From Squalus acanthias (Eukaryota): a stretch of 64,000 nucleotides of DNA. This document shows, one piece after another, positions 61,172-64,000 of this stretch (its first letter is position 1; every line of letters begins with the position of its first letter). A model generated the notes under the pieces. The model made no database searches, had not been told where the DNA came from, and was given only the letters and a program-made list of their open reading frames with translations. The position numbers and the translations under genes are program-made. The stretch is from NCBI GenBank assembly GCA_030390025.1, contig CM059427.1, positions 187,116,001 through 187,180,000 on the forward strand, in the 5' to 3' direction.

Positions 61172-63229
61172 AGAATCATAGAATCATAGAAGTTTACAGC
61201 ACAGAAGGAGGCCATTTGGTCCATTGTGTCTGTGCCGGCCGAAAAAAAGCTATCCCGCCTAATCACACTTTCCAGCTCTTGGTCCATAGCCCTGTAGGTT
61301 ACGGCACTTCAAGTGCATATCCAAGTACTAAATGAGATGAGGGTTTCTGCCTCGACCACTCTTTCAGGCAGTGAGTTCCAGACTTCCACCACCCGCTGAG
61401 TGAAAAAAAGTTCTCCTCAACTCCCCTCTAATCCTTCTACCAATTACGTTAAATCTATACCCCCTGGTTATTACCTCTCTGCTAAGGGAAATAGGCCCTT
61501 CCTATCCACTCTATCTAGGCCCCTCATAATTTTATACACCTCAATTAAGTCTCGTCTCAACCTCCTCTGCTCCAAGGAAAACAAGCCCAGCCTACCCAAT
61601 CTTTCCTCATAGCTAAAATTCTCCAGTCCTGGCAACATCCTCGTAAATCTCCTCTGTACCCTCTCTAGTGCAATCACATCCTTCCTGTAATGTGGTGACC
61701 AGAACTGCACGCAGTATTCTGGCTGTGGACTAACTAGTGTTTTATACAGTTATAACATAACCTCCCTGCTCTTATATTCTATGCCTTGGCTAATAAAGGC
61801 AAGTATCTCGTGTGCCTTCTTAACAACCTTATCTACCTGACCTGCTACCTTCAGGGATCTGTGGACATGCACTCCAAGGTCCTTCTATTCCTCTACACTT
61901 TTCAGTATCCTACTATTTATTGTGAATTCCCTTCCCTTGTTAGCCCTCCCCAAATACATCACCTCAAACTTCTGCAGATTGAATTCCATTTGCCACTTTT
62001 CTGCCCACCTGATGAGTCCATTGATATCTTCCTGCAATCTATCTCACTATCAACCACACGACCAATTTTCGTATCATTTGCAAACTTCTTAATCATGACC
62101 CCTATATTGAAGTCTAAATCATTGATATATACCAAAAAAAGCAAGGGACCTAGTACTGAGCCCTGTGTAACCCCACTGGAAACAGCCTTCCAGTCACAAA
62201 AACACCTGTCGACCATTACCCTTTGCTTCCTGCTGCTGAGCCAGTTTTGGATCCAACTTGCAACTTTCCCTTGGATCCCATGGGCTTTTACTTTTCTGAC
62301 CAGTCTGCCATGTGGGACCGTGTCAGAAGCCTTGCTAAAATCCATGTAGACTACATCAAATGCACTACCCTCATCGACTCTCCTTCTTACCTCCTCAAAA
62401 AATTCAATCAAGTTAGTCAGACACAAATCCATGCTGACTTTCCTTGATTAATCTGTGCCTTTCTAAATGATGATTAATAGTGTCCCTCAGAATTTTTTCC
62501 AATAATTTGCCCACCACTGAGGTTAGGCTGACTGGTCTGTAATTACTCGGTCTATCCCTTTCTCCCTTTTTAAACATCGGTACAATGTTAGCAGTCCTCC
62601 AGTCCTCCGGCACCACACCTGTAGCCAGAGAGGATTTGAAAATTATGGTCAGAGCCTCCGCTATTTCCTCCCTTGCTTCTCTTAATAGCCTGGGATACAT
62701 TTCATCCGGGCCTGGTGATTTATCCACTTTCAAACATGCTAAACCCTTTGATATTTCCTCTTTCACTATGTTTATCTCATCTAATATTTCACACTCCTAC
62801 TCCTTGACTACAGTGTTTACATTGTCCCCCTCTTTGTGAAGACAGACGCAAAGTATTCACTAAGAACCATACCCACGTCTTCCGCCTCAATACACAAGTT
62901 ACCTATTTGGTCTCTAATAGGCCCTACTCTTACTTTAGTTCTCCTCTTGTAACCAGGAATGTTGAGCTGCCATTTCTGCCCTTCTTTCAGCCATGTTTCA
63001 GTAATAGCTATGATATCATACTTCCACGTGTCTATCTGTGCCCTCAGCTCATCTACCTTATTGACGAGACTCCTTGCATTGAAGTATATATCATTAAGCA
63101 CTGCCAAACCCCTTTCTTGTCTATTTTCTAGCCATTGTTTTCTCTGTCTTCCATTTCCAGCTTGCATTCTCTCCCTTCTGAATCTACGCTCTCAGGTACC
63201 TAACCCCCCTGCCAAGCTAGTTTAAACCC
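61172..63229 (-). mobile_element. CR1 with internal deletion
   Basis: RT fragments at 61471-62766. At ~62945 it jumps from the pre-RT region to the APE N-terminus (YDIIAITETWL). Confidence 0.9.
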
Positions 63230-63833
63230 AGAACAAATATTAAAGTACCTCAACAGTCGGACACATTATTATGGTACTGGTCTACCAACCTAACAGTCAT
63301 ACCTTCCAATCCTACCATGGTATGTTGGGAAACTGAATCTTTTAAATCTCATAATTTGTAGGCTAGCACCAGGGAACTCTCGGTACTTGGGTTTACTAAT
63401 GTCCTTCAGGGAAAGGCACAAGCCTTGTGGCTTAAATTGGACTCTAATACACACGTAGCTAACGCTTACTGCTCTCTGAAGCATATAACTGCTTCAAGAA
63501 GAACGTCCACTACTTTCTTCGGGCAACTGGGGATGGGCAATAAATGTGACTCTGAACAAAATCAAAAAAATGATGTAGGATGGCGAAATGCCCTTAAGAC
63601 CAGTGCATTCTCCTGCACAGACAATAACGCACGGTAACTATTGGCAACATTGCATACTTTATCAATAGAATCGGTAGTGTCTTTCCAATTGAAACGTTTT
63701 CGAGAGAAAAAAGTTGATGTCATAGGCAACCTCTGTTATTGTAACTATTTTTGAACTAAAGATTGAAGTTAGTAGTAATATGGAACCAAAATAAGAGAAA
63801 ATCATCTGACATTTTTGAATCATATCACACCAA

Positions 63834-64000
63834 GGCCTGGATATTAACAGGGGTGGGTTTCATAGGCGGGGGTGGGTGGGGCAGAGTTTCGGTAGGGAAA
63901 CCCGGAAGTCTTGGTTTCCTCGCATGCTGTGGAGTTTGAACTCCACAGCGAGCGTCTTTCCTCCTTGACAGCTTCCCCGCCCAGAAGTCAGCCTGATCAG
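63834..64000. mobile_element. Probable left end of another Harbinger-type element
   Basis: ggcctggatatt TIR-like start followed by a GC-rich arm. The partner end is outside the window. Confidence 0.35.

Noticed and set aside
63621-63633. Possible extra micro-exon (tcctgcacAG...GTAACT)
   Set aside because: It is only ~13 nt, does not keep phase 1-1 and encodes no motif. Not supportable.

Overview
Eukaryotic, vertebrate DNA, most likely from a cartilaginous fish (inferred from the CR1-type LINEs, Deu-domain SINEs and Harbinger elements; not verified). There are no prokaryotic genes or CRISPR arrays, and most ORFs in the track are transposon fragments or their antisense shadows. Most of the window is transposon debris: about a dozen CR1 LINEs (several nested), a fossil two-gene Harbinger transposon, at least 8 Harbinger-type MITEs with 3-bp TSDs, one internally deleted Gypsy-like LTR element, two solo LTRs and SINEs. 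Within this is one host gene on the + strand. I can assemble it from 7 exons (7413-7682, 22619-22972, 23051-23320, 38495-38602, 45427-45525, 47350-47427, 60931-60987). All are AG/GT-bounded, phase 1-1 and stop-free, and together they give 1236 nt over ~53.6 kb. They encode C2-Ig / V-Ig / C2-Ig(WxC) / uncharged TM / a cytoplasmic tail with ITSM- and ITIM-like tyrosine motifs. This looks like a CD4/LAG-3/DICP-related inhibitory immune receptor. Its leader, any further N-terminal domain and possibly its last exon lie outside the window. It is the best candidate for an undescribed system. It has a V domain with the F-strand Cys replaced by Ser, a Tyr-rich CDR1-like loop, and an apparently lost Tyr motif. 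The transposon layer has its own oddities: a 209-bp duplication flanking a CR1, mosaic LTRs, monomer arrays at CR1 5' ends, and MITEs carrying promoter plus splice-donor motifs. All identities and counts were made by eye.
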